IMG/VR virus record: IMGVR_UViG_3300042934_000712
Coordinates: 1-37,798 of that record
DNA: 37,798 nucleotides
From: a virus
Reading direction: 5' to 3' (one strand)
Shown here: piece by piece, positions 1 through 8,665 of the stretch
Position numbering within the stretch: the first letter of the stretch is position 1
How the letters are laid out: every line of letters starts with the position of its first letter
The notes under the pieces: generated by a model
The model's database searches: none
What the model saw: the letters and a program-made list of their open reading frames with translations, nothing else
What the model was told of the DNA's origin: nothing
Translations under genes and position numbers: made by a program

Positions 1-127
1 CGGCACGGCGGCTTCGGCCGTCAGACGGTCGTCACCCTGCACGTCTGGTCCCGCTACCAGGGCTACACGCAGGCGCTGCGGATCGGCGCCCGGGTGACCG
101 CGCTGCTGGACCACCAGCCGCTGACCC
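1..127. repeat. Terminal direct repeat, left copy (assembly overlap of a circular contig)
   Basis: Identical by eye to 37672-37798. It lies inside a CDS, so it is not a biological LTR. Confidence 0.9.
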
Positions 128-249
128 TGCCCGGCCTGGACTGGATCGCGACCCGGTTCGAGTTCTCCCAGACCCTCACCGACCCGGAACCTCCCGGGGA
201 CATCAGGCACCTGGTGCTGCGCTACCGGGTCGTCACCGAGCAGCACTGA
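1..249 (+). CDS. Tail terminator / tail completion protein (DUF3168-like), C-terminal part of the junction-spanning CDS
   Basis: Frame 1 is open from nt 1 to TGA at 247-249. It continues the ORF that starts at 37507. The joined product is about 137 aa and contains VYDYVPEDVTYPYIVIGE. It sits between the gp10-like gene and the major tail gene. Confidence 0.6.
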   Translation, partial: RHGGFGRQTVVTLHVWSRYQGYTQALRIGARVTALLDHQPLTLPGLDWIATRFEFSQTLTDPEPPGDIRHLVLRYRVVTEQH

Positions 250-266
250 CCCCCTCGTTCCCCTTC

Positions 267-297
267 GCCCCGACGCCGCCGGCCTCGGGGCTTTCTC
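267..297 (+). terminator. Stem-loop with T-rich tail upstream of the major tail gene
   Basis: GCCCCGA (267-273) pairs with TCGGGGC (285-291) and is followed by TTTCTC. Confidence 0.35.
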
Positions 298-319
298 ACG
301 TACAGAACAGGAGAAGCCC

Positions 320-748
320 ATGGCCGGAATGGATGGCTTCGGAGTCCAGCTTCAGCGCGGCGACGGCGCGGGCACCGAGGTGTTCACGAAGATCGCGGAC
401 GTCACGTCGCTGAACCCTCCCGGGCTCACGCGGGAGACGATCGACGTCACCTCCCACGACAGCGAGAACGGGTGGATGGAGTTCCTCGGCGGGCTCAAGG
501 ACCCGGGCGAGGTGTCCGCGGACATCAACTACCAGCCCTCGGAGCACGACCTGCTGGTGGCGGACTTCGACGACAAGACCCCCCGCAACTACAAGATCGT
601 GTTCCCGGACGACGACGTCGCCCCCACCACCTGGTCCTTCAAGGCGTTCATCACCGGCTTCGAGCCGGAGACGCCCTACGACGACAAGGCGTCCGCGTCC
701 CTGACCTTCAAGGTCACGGGCAAGCCCACCATCGGCGCGGGGGCGTGA
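320..748 (+). CDS. Major tail protein
   Basis: RBS acAGGAGaagccc precedes the ATG. The product is 142 aa with high GC3. The position is canonical, between the tail terminator and the G/GT chaperones. Confidence 0.75.
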   Translation: MAGMDGFGVQLQRGDGAGTEVFTKIADVTSLNPPGLTRETIDVTSHDSENGWMEFLGGLKDPGEVSADINYQPSEHDLLVADFDDKTPRNYKIVFPDDDVAPTTWSFKAFITGFEPETPYDDKASASLTFKVTGKPTIGAGA

Positions 749-752
749 TCGC

Positions 753-1154
753 GTGGCACTGCTGAGCAAGGACCAGATCGCCGCTGCGGACGACCGCACG
801 TGGGAGGACGTGGACGTGCCCGAGTGGGGCGGCACCGTCCGTCTCCTGGGCATGTCCGGCACCGAACGCAACGCCTACCAGGCGAGTCTGGTCGTGATGG
901 GCACCAACGGTCAGGCGCAGCGCCTGAACATGGCCGACCAGCTAGCGAAGCTGGTGGCGAAGTGCCTGGTCGACGAGGACTTCGAGCGGCTGTTCACCGA
1001 CAGGGAAGTCCGGGAGCTGGGGGCGAAGAACGGCGCTGTCCTGGAACGTCTCGGCCAGGTCGCGCAGCGTCTGTCCGGCCTCCGCAAGGAGGACGTGGAG
1101 GACGCCGAGGGAAAATCCGAGCCGACCCCGAACGACGCTTCTACTTCCGGCTAG
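753..1154 (+). CDS. Tail assembly chaperone (G-like, zero-frame product)
   Basis: 133-aa acidic protein directly upstream of the tape measure gene. It contains the slippery heptamer near its 3' end. Confidence 0.75.
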   Translation: MALLSKDQIAAADDRTWEDVDVPEWGGTVRLLGMSGTERNAYQASLVVMGTNGQAQRLNMADQLAKLVAKCLVDEDFERLFTDREVRELGAKNGAVLERLGQVAQRLSGLRKEDVEDAEGKSEPTPNDASTSG

Positions 1155-1483
1155 CCCTGGAGAAGCGGCTGTCCCTGGCCGAGCTGCTGCGCACGCACAC
1201 CTCGGCCGAGCTGACCGAGTGGATGGCCTACGAGCGGGTCACCGGCATTTTCGGCCCGGAGCGGCAGGACATCCTGCACGGCATCCAGACCGCCGTCATC
1301 GCCAACGCCAACCGCGCCAAGAACAGCCGCAAGGCCGAGCCGAAGGACTTCATCCCCACCTGGGACCAGGGCAAGCGCGGGCCGATGACCTGGCAGGACA
1401 TGCTCGCCGCGGCCAAGGCCTACAACCGCCGGATCAACGGCACCGACCACACGACCAAGGGAGGTGCCCGTGGCGACGCTTGA
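753..1483 (+). CDS. Tail assembly chaperone, -1 frameshift fusion product (GT-like; 753-1115 joined to 1115-1483)
   Basis: The -1 frame is open from the slippery site to TGA at 1481-1483. Its extension reads GKIRADPERRFYFRLALEKRLSLAELL... and ends just inside the tape measure start. Confidence 0.7.
1109..1115 (+). promoter_or_regulatory. -1 programmed ribosomal frameshift slippery heptamer G GGA AAA
   Basis: GGGAAAA lies in X XXY YYZ phase with the 753 frame (codons GGA 1110-1112 and AAA 1113-1115). Confidence 0.7.
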
Positions 1484-3431
1484 GGAACTGCTGGTCTCCA
1501 TCGGCATCAACACCGACGACCTGACGGCCGGCGCCGACGGGGCCGCGGACCAGGTGGAGTCGAGCCTGGGCGGCATCCAGACTGCCGCCGCGGGCGCCGC
1601 TGTCGGCGGCATGTTCATGGCCGGGCTCAACGCGGCGATGGACTTGCAGAACGTGGAGACCCGCCTCCAGAACCAGCTCGGTCTGACCGAGGAGGAGGCG
1701 GGCCGCGCAGGTGACGCGGCCGGGCGGGTGTACGCGGCCGGGTGGGGCGAGTCCATGCAGGAGGTCGGCGACTCTCTCGCGGCCGTGGCGCAAGCCATGG
1801 GCGGCGTGGGAGACCTGTCCGACTCCGAGATGGACGACCTCACCAAAAAGGCCATGATGCTGGCCGAGACGTTCGAGCTGGACGTCGCCGAGTCCGCGAA
1901 CGCCGCCGGGCAGATGATCAAACTGGGCATGGCCAAGGACGGCCAGGAAGCCTTCGACATCCTCACCGCGGCCGCGCAGGAGCTGCCCGCGGCGATGCGC
2001 GACGACATCCCCGCCGTCATCTCCGAGTACGGCAAGCACTTCGAGCGGATGGGCCTCGACGGCAAAGAGGCCTTCGGGATGCTGTCGCAGTACGTGCAGG
2101 CCGGCGGCCGCGACATCGACCAGGCCGCCGACGTCATCCACGAGTTCGCCCGCATCACCTCCGAGGACACCAAGGGCGCATCCGAAGCCTTCAAGGCCCT
2201 CGGTCTGGACTCGGGCCAGATGCTGTCGGACATCGGCAAGGGCGGCGACGACGCCCAGCAGGCCCTGGGTGCCACCCTGACAGCACTGCGCGGGGTGAAG
2301 GACCCGGCCAAGCAGGCCGCCCTCGGTGTCGCCCTGTTCGGCGACATGGCGGGCGAGGGCAACGACGCTCTGTGGGCGATGAACCCGGCGACCGCCGCCG
2401 CCGCGGGCGGCATGGACAACGTGGCCGGCGCCGCCGGCCGGGCCACCGCCTCCGCTGAGGCGTCGAAGTCGATCGACGCGATCTGGCGGACGATGGCTGT
2501 CACGCTGGGCGAGATGCTCCAGCCTGCGCTGGAGTTCCTAGCGGATTTCATGCAGAAGAACCCGGAGCTGGTGAAGCTGCTGGCCGGGGCGCTGCTGGCG
2601 CTGGGCGTGGCGATCGGCCTGGCCGTGATCGCTCAGTGGGCGTGGAACGCGTCGCTGTGGGCGTTCCCCGGCACGTGGATCATCGCTGGGATCCTCGCCC
2701 TGATCGTGATCGTGTTCCTGATCGTCGCCTACTGGGACGAGATCAAGGCCGCCACCGGCGCGGCCTGGGACTGGATCAAGGGCAAGCTGTCGGGCGTCTG
2801 GAACTGGATCAAGTCGGTCGTCTCGTCGACCTGGGACTGGGTGTCGTCGCGGACGTCGGAAGCTTGGTCGTGGATCCGGGGCAAGGTCGCCGCCGGAGTC
2901 TCCGCTGTTCAGAGCGTCATCGACACCCTGCGGTCCATCCCGGGGAAGGTCGCCGGATTCTTCGGCAAGATCGTCTCCTATGTGGCCGGGCTGCCGGGCC
3001 GGATCTCCAGCGCGGCGTCGGGCATGTGGAACGGCCTGCTGTCCGGCTTCAAAGGCGTCATCAACCAGATCATCGGCGGCTGGAACAACATGTCGTTCAC
3101 CATCGGTGGCGGCAGCTTCATGGGCGTCGACATCCCGTCGGTCACCCTGTCCACCCCGAACATCCCGTACCTGGCACAGGGCGGTGTCACGACCGGCCCG
3201 ACCTTCGCGATGATCGGTGAAGGCCGCGAGCAGGAAGCCGTCCTCCCGCTGTCGAAGCTGGACGGCATGCTGCGCTCCGTCGCCGGGGCAGTCCGCGGCA
3301 CGAGCGGCAGCCAGGACGTGAACCTGCGCGTAGAGGTCGCCGGGCCCCGCGAATTCAAGACCCTCATCCGCAGCGTGGTCGCCACCGGCAGCCGCGGCGG
3401 CGACGTTCAGGGCTTCTTCGGTACCGACTAG
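1470..3431 (+). CDS. Tape measure protein
   Basis: About 654 aa. SD aaGGGAGG at 1457-1464 precedes GTG at 1470 (alternative GTG at 1464). It has an Ala/Gly-rich helical N-terminal part, central TM segments, 11-aa Trp repeats, and a C-terminal NIPYLAQGG...AMIGEGREQEAVLPL motif typical of tape measure proteins. Confidence 0.9.
   Translation: MATLEELLVSIGINTDDLTAGADGAADQVESSLGGIQTAAAGAAVGGMFMAGLNAAMDLQNVETRLQNQLGLTEEEAGRAGDAAGRVYAAGWGESMQEVGDSLAAVAQAMGGVGDLSDSEMDDLTKKAMMLAETFELDVAESANAAGQMIKLGMAKDGQEAFDILTAAAQELPAAMRDDIPAVISEYGKHFERMGLDGKEAFGMLSQYVQAGGRDIDQAADVIHEFARITSEDTKGASEAFKALGLDSGQMLSDIGKGGDDAQQALGATLTALRGVKDPAKQAALGVALFGDMAGEGNDALWAMNPATAAAAGGMDNVAGAAGRATASAEASKSIDAIWRTMAVTLGEMLQPALEFLADFMQKNPELVKLLAGALLALGVAIGLAVIAQWAWNASLWAFPGTWIIAGILALIVIVFLIVAYWDEIKAATGAAWDWIKGKLSGVWNWIKSVVSSTWDWVSSRTSEAWSWIRGKVAAGVSAVQSVIDTLRSIPGKVAGFFGKIVSYVAGLPGRISSAASGMWNGLLSGFKGVINQIIGGWNNMSFTIGGGSFMGVDIPSVTLSTPNIPYLAQGGVTTGPTFAMIGEGREQEAVLPLSKLDGMLRSVAGAVRGTSGSQDVNLRVEVAGPREFKTLIRSVVATGSRGGDVQGFFGTD
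2766..2897 (+). repeat. Four tandem 33-nt (11-aa) W-x-W repeats inside the tape measure gene
   Basis: TGGGACTGG, TGGAACTGG, TGGGACTGG and TGGTCGTGG start at 2766, 2799, 2832 and 2865. The protein reads AWDWIKGKLSG VWNWIKSVVSS TWDWVSSRTSE AWSWIRGKVAA. Confidence 0.85.
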
Positions 3432-3443
3432 GAGGGGGTCCCT

Positions 3444-6400
3444 GTGGAGTTCCCGCTGGACATGCTCACCGAGCTGCACATCGACGGTGTCTGGACGAAG
3501 GTCCCCACCTACGAGCGGGACCCGGTAGAGCTGGACTACGGGCGCCCGGAGCGGGGCACCAAGTCCGACCCGGGCAGCCTGTCCATCACGGTCAACAACC
3601 GGGACGGCAGGTTCAGCCCCCGCAATCCGATGTCCCCGTTCTTCGGGAAGATCGGCCGCAACACCAGGATCAGGCTGTCCCTGCCCGGCGAGGAGTCCTA
3701 CCTCCAGCTGGACGGCGACCCGGCGTCCTACGCCTCGACGCCGGACGCGGCCGCGCTCGACCTCACCATGGACATGGACCTGCGCTGGGAGGGCGAAACC
3801 GACTGGTACGCCACCGCCGGCCAGGTCCTCATCGGCAAGTGGTCGACCGAGCCGGGCCAGCGTTCCTACGCCATGCGCCTGGAACGCGGCCTGCTGTTCT
3901 TCCACGGCGGCCGCGACGGCACCTCCGGTCCCTTCCAGGGCTGGCCTCTGCCCGCGCTGCCCCGCCGGGCGGCGGTCCGGGTCACCCTCACCGGAGGTCT
4001 CACCGTCCGCCACTACTGGGCCGAGACGATGGACGGGCCGTGGACGCAGATCGGAACCGACATCGCCCTGCCCTCCCCGCTGACCACCGGTCTGTTCGTG
4101 GGTACGGCGCCGCTCCTGATCGCGCCGAGCCAGTACGACTCCGACCCGACCCGCCCGCCGGTGGCCGGCCGTGTCTACCGGGCCGAGGTCCGCGGCGCCG
4201 GCGGCGCCGTGGTGGCCTCGCCCGACTTCCGGGGCCAGGCGGCCGGTGCGGCCGGGTTCACCGATGCGGCAGGCCGGGCCTGGACGCTGACGGGCACGGC
4301 TGAGATCCGTGACCGGACCGATCTGTTCCTCGGTGAGGTGTCCGAGTGGCCGCAGCAGTGGACGCCGGACGGCGCCGACGCCTGGGTGCCGCTGGTGGCG
4401 TCGGGCATCCTGCGCCGCCTGGGCCAGGGCAAGAAGGCCATCCAGTCCAGCCTCCGGCGCAGGATCCCCGCATTCTCGCCGATGGCGTACTGGCCGATGG
4501 AGGAAGGCGACCAGGCGACCAAGGCGTACTCGCCGGTGCCCGGCGTGGACCCGCTGTCGTTCAGTCAGGCGGACTGGGCTGCCGACACGTCGCTGGTGTC
4601 GTCGGCTCCGCTGCCGACGGTCGGCTCGCAGTCCGGGAACCTGTCGCACCTGTCCGGCATGGTCCGCAACTACTCGTGGGCGAGCCTGCCGTCCTGGTCC
4701 GCGATCTGGATGTACCGGATGCCGCAGACTCCCGCGGCCAGACAGACGTTCATGCTGGTGCGCAGCACGGGCACGGTCCGCGACTGGTACCTCCAGTTCG
4801 GCCCGGCCGACTCCCGCATCCTCGGCCTCGACCGCGAGGGCGTCACGGTCGTGGACCGCACCATCGCCACGAGCACCGACATCTTCGGCAAGTGGATCAA
4901 GGCCCGGTTCGCTGTCGAGCAGCAGGGCAGCAACGTCCGCTACGTCATGGTCTGGTCCGACATCGACGGCGACGCGGGCTTCTACGAGAACACCGTGGCG
5001 GGCGTCACCGGCCGGCCGACCGGTGTCTTCTCCCCGCCCGGCGGCTACTCCGCGAACCTCCAGGGCCTGGCCATCGGCCACATCTCGGTGTGGGACAGCT
5101 TCGACCCCGACGGCTACGACAACGCCATCAACGGCTGGTCCGGAGAGACGGCGTGGGAGCGGATGCGGCGCCTGTCGGACGAGGAGGGCCTGACGCTCTC
5201 CACCATCCCCGCCAACCAGGATCCGGAACTGGTCGGATCGCAGACCACCGAAACGCTGCTGACGCTTCTCCAGGAGGCCGCGGACGCCGACGGCGGTCTG
5301 CTGCTGGAGGACCGGCGCCGTCTCGGCCTGGTGTTCCGCCAGCGGGCCAGCATGTACAGCCAGACCCCGCGCCTGGTCCTGTCCTACGACCAGGCGCCGG
5401 GCCTGGCCGCACCCCTGGAACCGGTCGACGACGACACCGCCATCCGCAACGACCGCACGGTCCAGCGGGACGGCGGCGGGCAGGCGCGGGCGGTCCTTGA
5501 GGAAGGCCCGCTGTCGGTGCAGGACCCGCCCGACGGGATCGGCCGGTACGACGACAGCGTCACCCTGTCGCTCCACAGCGACGACCAGACGGCACCGATC
5601 GCGTACTGGCGGCTGGCTCTGGGCACGGTCGACGGGCCCCGCTACCCCACCGTCAAGATCCTGCTGCACAAGGCGCCCCACCTCATCCCGCAAATCATGG
5701 CGCTGACCGAGGGCGACCTGGTCCGCATCACCGACCTGCCGGCCTACGTCGGCTTCGGCGACGCCGACCTGATCGTGGACGGCGTGCACCACGAAATGCG
5801 GATGATGCAGTGGACCGTGACGCTGAACTGCCAGCCTGCCGAACCGTGGCAGGCCGGCATCGCCGACGACGCGGTCCTCGGCAAGGTCGACACCGACGGC
5901 TCCCAGCTGGCGGCCGCGGCTGACGCCACTGCCACCGTGCTGCCAGTGAACGTCACCGCGGGCCCGTGGTGGATCTCGGGCGGCACCGTCCTCAACGCCA
6001 ACCCCCTGCTCACGAACGACCTGACCGGGTGGACCCCGTTCGGGACCGTCCTGGAGCGGGTGGAGGCGCCCACACCGAAGCCGTTCCCCGGCACGTGGTG
6101 CATGCGCCTCACTCCGAACGGAGTCGAGCAGTACCCGAACGCGGGCTCCGGCCAGATCCCGGTCACGCCTGGCCAGCAGTACACGCTGTCCGGGTGGCTG
6201 CGCTGCGCCACGGCCCGCTCGGTCGCCCTCAACCTGAACTGGTTCGACGCCACCGCCGGCTACCTGTCGACGGCGGCGAACGACAAGCCCGTCCTCGCCG
6301 GGGCGTGGACCTGGTTCGAGATGACCGTCACGGCACCCGCGGGGGCGGCCGCCGCGAACATCGCTCCCACCGTCGCGGACTTCCCTCCGGCCACCGATGT

Positions 6401-7226
6401 GCTGTGGGCCCACCAGCTCACACTGCGCCCGCAGGCGGACGGGGCGAAGCTCGCCGACTTCCCCTTCGACGTCCGCGCGGGCGGGGAGGTGATGACCGTC
6501 AACGCGGTCACGCCGACCGTCCTGGACCGCTTCACGCGGACCGTGACGGGCGGCTGGGGGGCGACCGAGACGGGCCAGGCCTGGACGGCGACCGGCGGGA
6601 CGGCCGCCAACTTCGAAGTCGGGGGAGGCGTCGCGCAGCACACCATCAGCACGAAGAACGTCTACCGGGTCACCTCGCTGAACACGCTGGCCCTCCCGGA
6701 CGCGGACCTGATGGTGTCCGTGCGGCTGCCCTCCACCCCGACCGGGGACGGCATCTACACGTACTACCTGGCCCGCGCCAACGTCGCCGCCGACACGTTC
6801 TACTTCGCCCGCCTGTACTTCCAGACCAACGGGTGGGTGGAACTGACCCTCCGCAAGCGGACACCGACGGAGACGGCTCTGGCGACGTCTCCGGTCCAGC
6901 TGGCGTTCGTGGCGGGCAAGTCCTACCGGCTGCGGTTCCAGGTCCTCGGCAGCACGCTCCGCGCGAAGGCGTGGGCCCTGCCGGACATCGAACCCGCGGA
7001 CTGGCACGTGACGGCCACCGACACCAGCATCACGGCCGCGGGCGCGGTCGGGTTGCGGACCTACGCGTCCACGTCGAACACGAACACCTCGCCGCTGGTG
7101 GTGTTCGACGACCTGAAGGTCGGCCCGCAGCGCTTCGGTGTGACCCGGTCCGTCAACGGCGTCGTCAAAGCCCAGAGCGCCGCCACGGAAGTGCGGATGG
7201 CCAACCCGATGCGCATACCCCTGTAG
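3444..7226 (+). CDS. Large minor tail protein (Dit-like N-terminus fused to LamG-like and carbohydrate-binding-like domains; probable adsorption device)
   Basis: RBS ctAGGAGGgggtccct precedes the GTG. The product is 1260 aa and follows the tape measure gene directly. The N-terminal ~90 aa resemble siphovirus distal tail proteins. The 6000-6360 region (NPLLTNDLTGWTPFG...QYTLSGWLR...WFEMTVTAP) resembles CBM4_9-type jelly-roll modules. Confidence 0.7.
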   Translation: MEFPLDMLTELHIDGVWTKVPTYERDPVELDYGRPERGTKSDPGSLSITVNNRDGRFSPRNPMSPFFGKIGRNTRIRLSLPGEESYLQLDGDPASYASTPDAAALDLTMDMDLRWEGETDWYATAGQVLIGKWSTEPGQRSYAMRLERGLLFFHGGRDGTSGPFQGWPLPALPRRAAVRVTLTGGLTVRHYWAETMDGPWTQIGTDIALPSPLTTGLFVGTAPLLIAPSQYDSDPTRPPVAGRVYRAEVRGAGGAVVASPDFRGQAAGAAGFTDAAGRAWTLTGTAEIRDRTDLFLGEVSEWPQQWTPDGADAWVPLVASGILRRLGQGKKAIQSSLRRRIPAFSPMAYWPMEEGDQATKAYSPVPGVDPLSFSQADWAADTSLVSSAPLPTVGSQSGNLSHLSGMVRNYSWASLPSWSAIWMYRMPQTPAARQTFMLVRSTGTVRDWYLQFGPADSRILGLDREGVTVVDRTIATSTDIFGKWIKARFAVEQQGSNVRYVMVWSDIDGDAGFYENTVAGVTGRPTGVFSPPGGYSANLQGLAIGHISVWDSFDPDGYDNAINGWSGETAWERMRRLSDEEGLTLSTIPANQDPELVGSQTTETLLTLLQEAADADGGLLLEDRRRLGLVFRQRASMYSQTPRLVLSYDQAPGLAAPLEPVDDDTAIRNDRTVQRDGGGQARAVLEEGPLSVQDPPDGIGRYDDSVTLSLHSDDQTAPIAYWRLALGTVDGPRYPTVKILLHKAPHLIPQIMALTEGDLVRITDLPAYVGFGDADLIVDGVHHEMRMMQWTVTLNCQPAEPWQAGIADDAVLGKVDTDGSQLAAAADATATVLPVNVTAGPWWISGGTVLNANPLLTNDLTGWTPFGTVLERVEAPTPKPFPGTWCMRLTPNGVEQYPNAGSGQIPVTPGQQYTLSGWLRCATARSVALNLNWFDATAGYLSTAANDKPVLAGAWTWFEMTVTAPAGAAAANIAPTVADFPPATDVLWAHQLTLRPQADGAKLADFPFDVRAGGEVMTVNAVTPTVLDRFTRTVTGGWGATETGQAWTATGGTAANFEVGGGVAQHTISTKNVYRVTSLNTLALPDADLMVSVRLPSTPTGDGIYTYYLARANVAADTFYFARLYFQTNGWVELTLRKRTPTETALATSPVQLAFVAGKSYRLRFQVLGSTLRAKAWALPDIEPADWHVTATDTSITAAGAVGLRTYASTSNTNTSPLVVFDDLKVGPQRFGVTRSVNGVVKAQSAATEVRMANPMRIPL

Positions 7227-7235
7227 GAGGATCCC

Positions 7236-7733
7236 GTGCCTTATGAGCCGTGGCAGCCAGGCATGACGGTGACGGCCGGCCGTCTGGCGCTGATCTCGCC
7301 GACGTGGCAGGACTGGACCCCGGTGTGGACGACGTCGGGCGCGTCGACCCCCAACTTCGGGAACGCGTCGATCACCGCGCGGTGGGCGCAGTCCGCGCTC
7401 ACCATCCACTACCAGGTCGATGTCGTGTTCGGGTCTACGACGACTTTCGGGTCGGGCACGGACAACTGGCGCATGTCGACACCCGTGGCCGCCGCGTCGA
7501 CCTCCAACGGCTGCGGGTCGGGCGAGATCCAGAACACGACCGCCGCGAGCTCTCGGCAGCCGATCCGCGTGAGGCTGACGACCGTGTCCACGTTCGAGTT
7601 CGAGATGTGCGGCGGCAACATCGCCGCTACGTCGACCAGCTCGGGCGCAGGCCTCATCGACGCGGCGACACCGGGCACGTGGGTGTCGGGGTCGTCGCTG
7701 CGTTTCTGGGGGTCCTACGAGGCCGCTCCGTGA
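7236..7733 (+). CDS. Minor tail protein (small beta-rich, Ser/Thr/Gly-rich)
   Basis: RBS tAGGAGGAtccc precedes the GTG. The product is 165 aa and sits directly downstream of the large tail protein. Confidence 0.5.
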   Translation: MPYEPWQPGMTVTAGRLALISPTWQDWTPVWTTSGASTPNFGNASITARWAQSALTIHYQVDVVFGSTTTFGSGTDNWRMSTPVAAASTSNGCGSGEIQNTTAASSRQPIRVRLTTVSTFEFEMCGGNIAATSTSSGAGLIDAATPGTWVSGSSLRFWGSYEAAP

Positions 7734-7775
7734 CCCTGGCCCTTCCCGCCAATCCGTACCCGGCAGGAGGCTGTG

Positions 7776-8084
7776 GTGAGTGAACTGTTCGGCATCAATC
7801 CCCTGGACGCAGGCGCGGCAGGGCTGCTGTGCCTGGCGGTGGTGATGATCCTGTCCGGCCGACTGGTACCGCGCAGCTACCTGGAGGATGCGCGGGCCGA
7901 CCGGGACTACTGGCGGGCCGCCCACACGGCGGAGGTCGCCGCCCGGCAGGAGGAACGGTCCCTGACCAACGAACTCCTCGAGGTCGCTCACACCGCCGAC
8001 CGTGTCCTGCACGCCCTGCCCCGGACCGGGGCCAGCCCGGAGGAGGTGACCGCCGGAAATGCGGTGGATCAGGCTCCCCGGTAG
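7776..8084 (+). CDS. Small membrane protein, holin-like (1 TM)
   Basis: SD AGGAGG at 7765-7770. GTG at 7776 (or 7773). One TM segment (AAGLLCLAVVMILSG) is followed by a charged helical tail. It is in the position of a lysis cassette. Confidence 0.5.
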   Translation: MSELFGINPLDAGAAGLLCLAVVMILSGRLVPRSYLEDARADRDYWRAAHTAEVAARQEERSLTNELLEVAHTADRVLHALPRTGASPEEVTAGNAVDQAPR

Positions 8085-8103
8085 GCGGCGCAAGGAACGA
8101 CAG

Positions 8104-8286
8104 ATGGTCCAGCGCGAGGCAGCCCAGCAGGCCCTCGCCGAAGCCCGTGAGGCACAGCGGGAGATCAGAGAGGAACGCCGGCCGATGGTGCTGGCGATCG
8201 TCCACCGGCTGCGGGTGGCGCGTGAAGAGAACCATTTCCAGGAGCGGATCGAGGCCGCTTACGCCGCGCGCAGAGGAGCCGTGTGA
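8104..8286 (+). CDS. Small charged coiled-coil protein (hypothetical)
   Basis: ATG at 8104 with aagga 7 nt upstream (the ORF is open from 8059). The product is 60 aa and Arg/Glu-rich. Its end overlaps the next gene. Confidence 0.45.
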   Translation: MVQREAAQQALAEAREAQREIREERRPMVLAIVHRLRVAREENHFQERIEAAYAARRGAV

Positions 8287-8612
8287 TGAACGATCTGGGC
8301 ATCGACCAGTGGGTGAACGTGGCTGCGTCGATGCTGGCCTTCGCGGCCTGCGCGGTGTTCGCGTCGGCCTACCACCTGCGGGCCACGTGGTGGCGGACCG
8401 AGGTCGGACGGAACCTCATGGGCTTCGCCGGCGCGGTCGGGCTGCTGTGCCTGTACACGGTGCTGGTGACGGTGTGGCCGGACGGCTGCTTCGCCATCGT
8501 GGCCCGCGGGGTGCGCACGGCTCTGCTGGTTGCCATCGCCCTGCTGATGTTCCAGCGCACCCGCCTGTTCATCCAGGCACAGCGGGAACACCAGCATCGA
8601 ACTGGAGTGTGA
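8283..8612 (+). CDS. Membrane protein with 3 predicted TM segments (holin-like)
   Basis: 109 aa with three hydrophobic stretches. Its start overlaps the preceding stop. It is the last gene of the + strand late block. Confidence 0.55.
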   Translation: MMNDLGIDQWVNVAASMLAFAACAVFASAYHLRATWWRTEVGRNLMGFAGAVGLLCLYTVLVTVWPDGCFAIVARGVRTALLVAIALLMFQRTRLFIQAQREHQHRTGV

Positions 8613-8613
8613 C

Positions 8614-8650
8614 AACGCCCCCTCTCGCCGTCATGGCGGGAGGGGGCGTT
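8614..8650. terminator. Bidirectional stem-loop between convergent gene blocks
   Basis: AACGCCCCCTC (8614-8624) pairs with GAGGGGGCGTT (8640-8650). Inner CGCC/GGCG pairs extend the stem. Confidence 0.7.
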
Positions 8651-8665
8651 TCGTCGTCTGCGGGG

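Noticed and set aside
1151-2551. 466-aa - strand ORF antisense to the chaperone and tape measure genes
   Set aside because: It shows the same GC-driven artefact, with Ala/Ser/Pro-rich sequence and no RBS context.
2538-8093. 1851-aa ORF on the - strand spanning the tape measure and tail genes
   Set aside because: It is antisense to well-supported structural genes. The translation is Arg/Gly/Pro/Asp-rich low-complexity sequence. Long stop-free antisense frames are expected in DNA with very high GC3.
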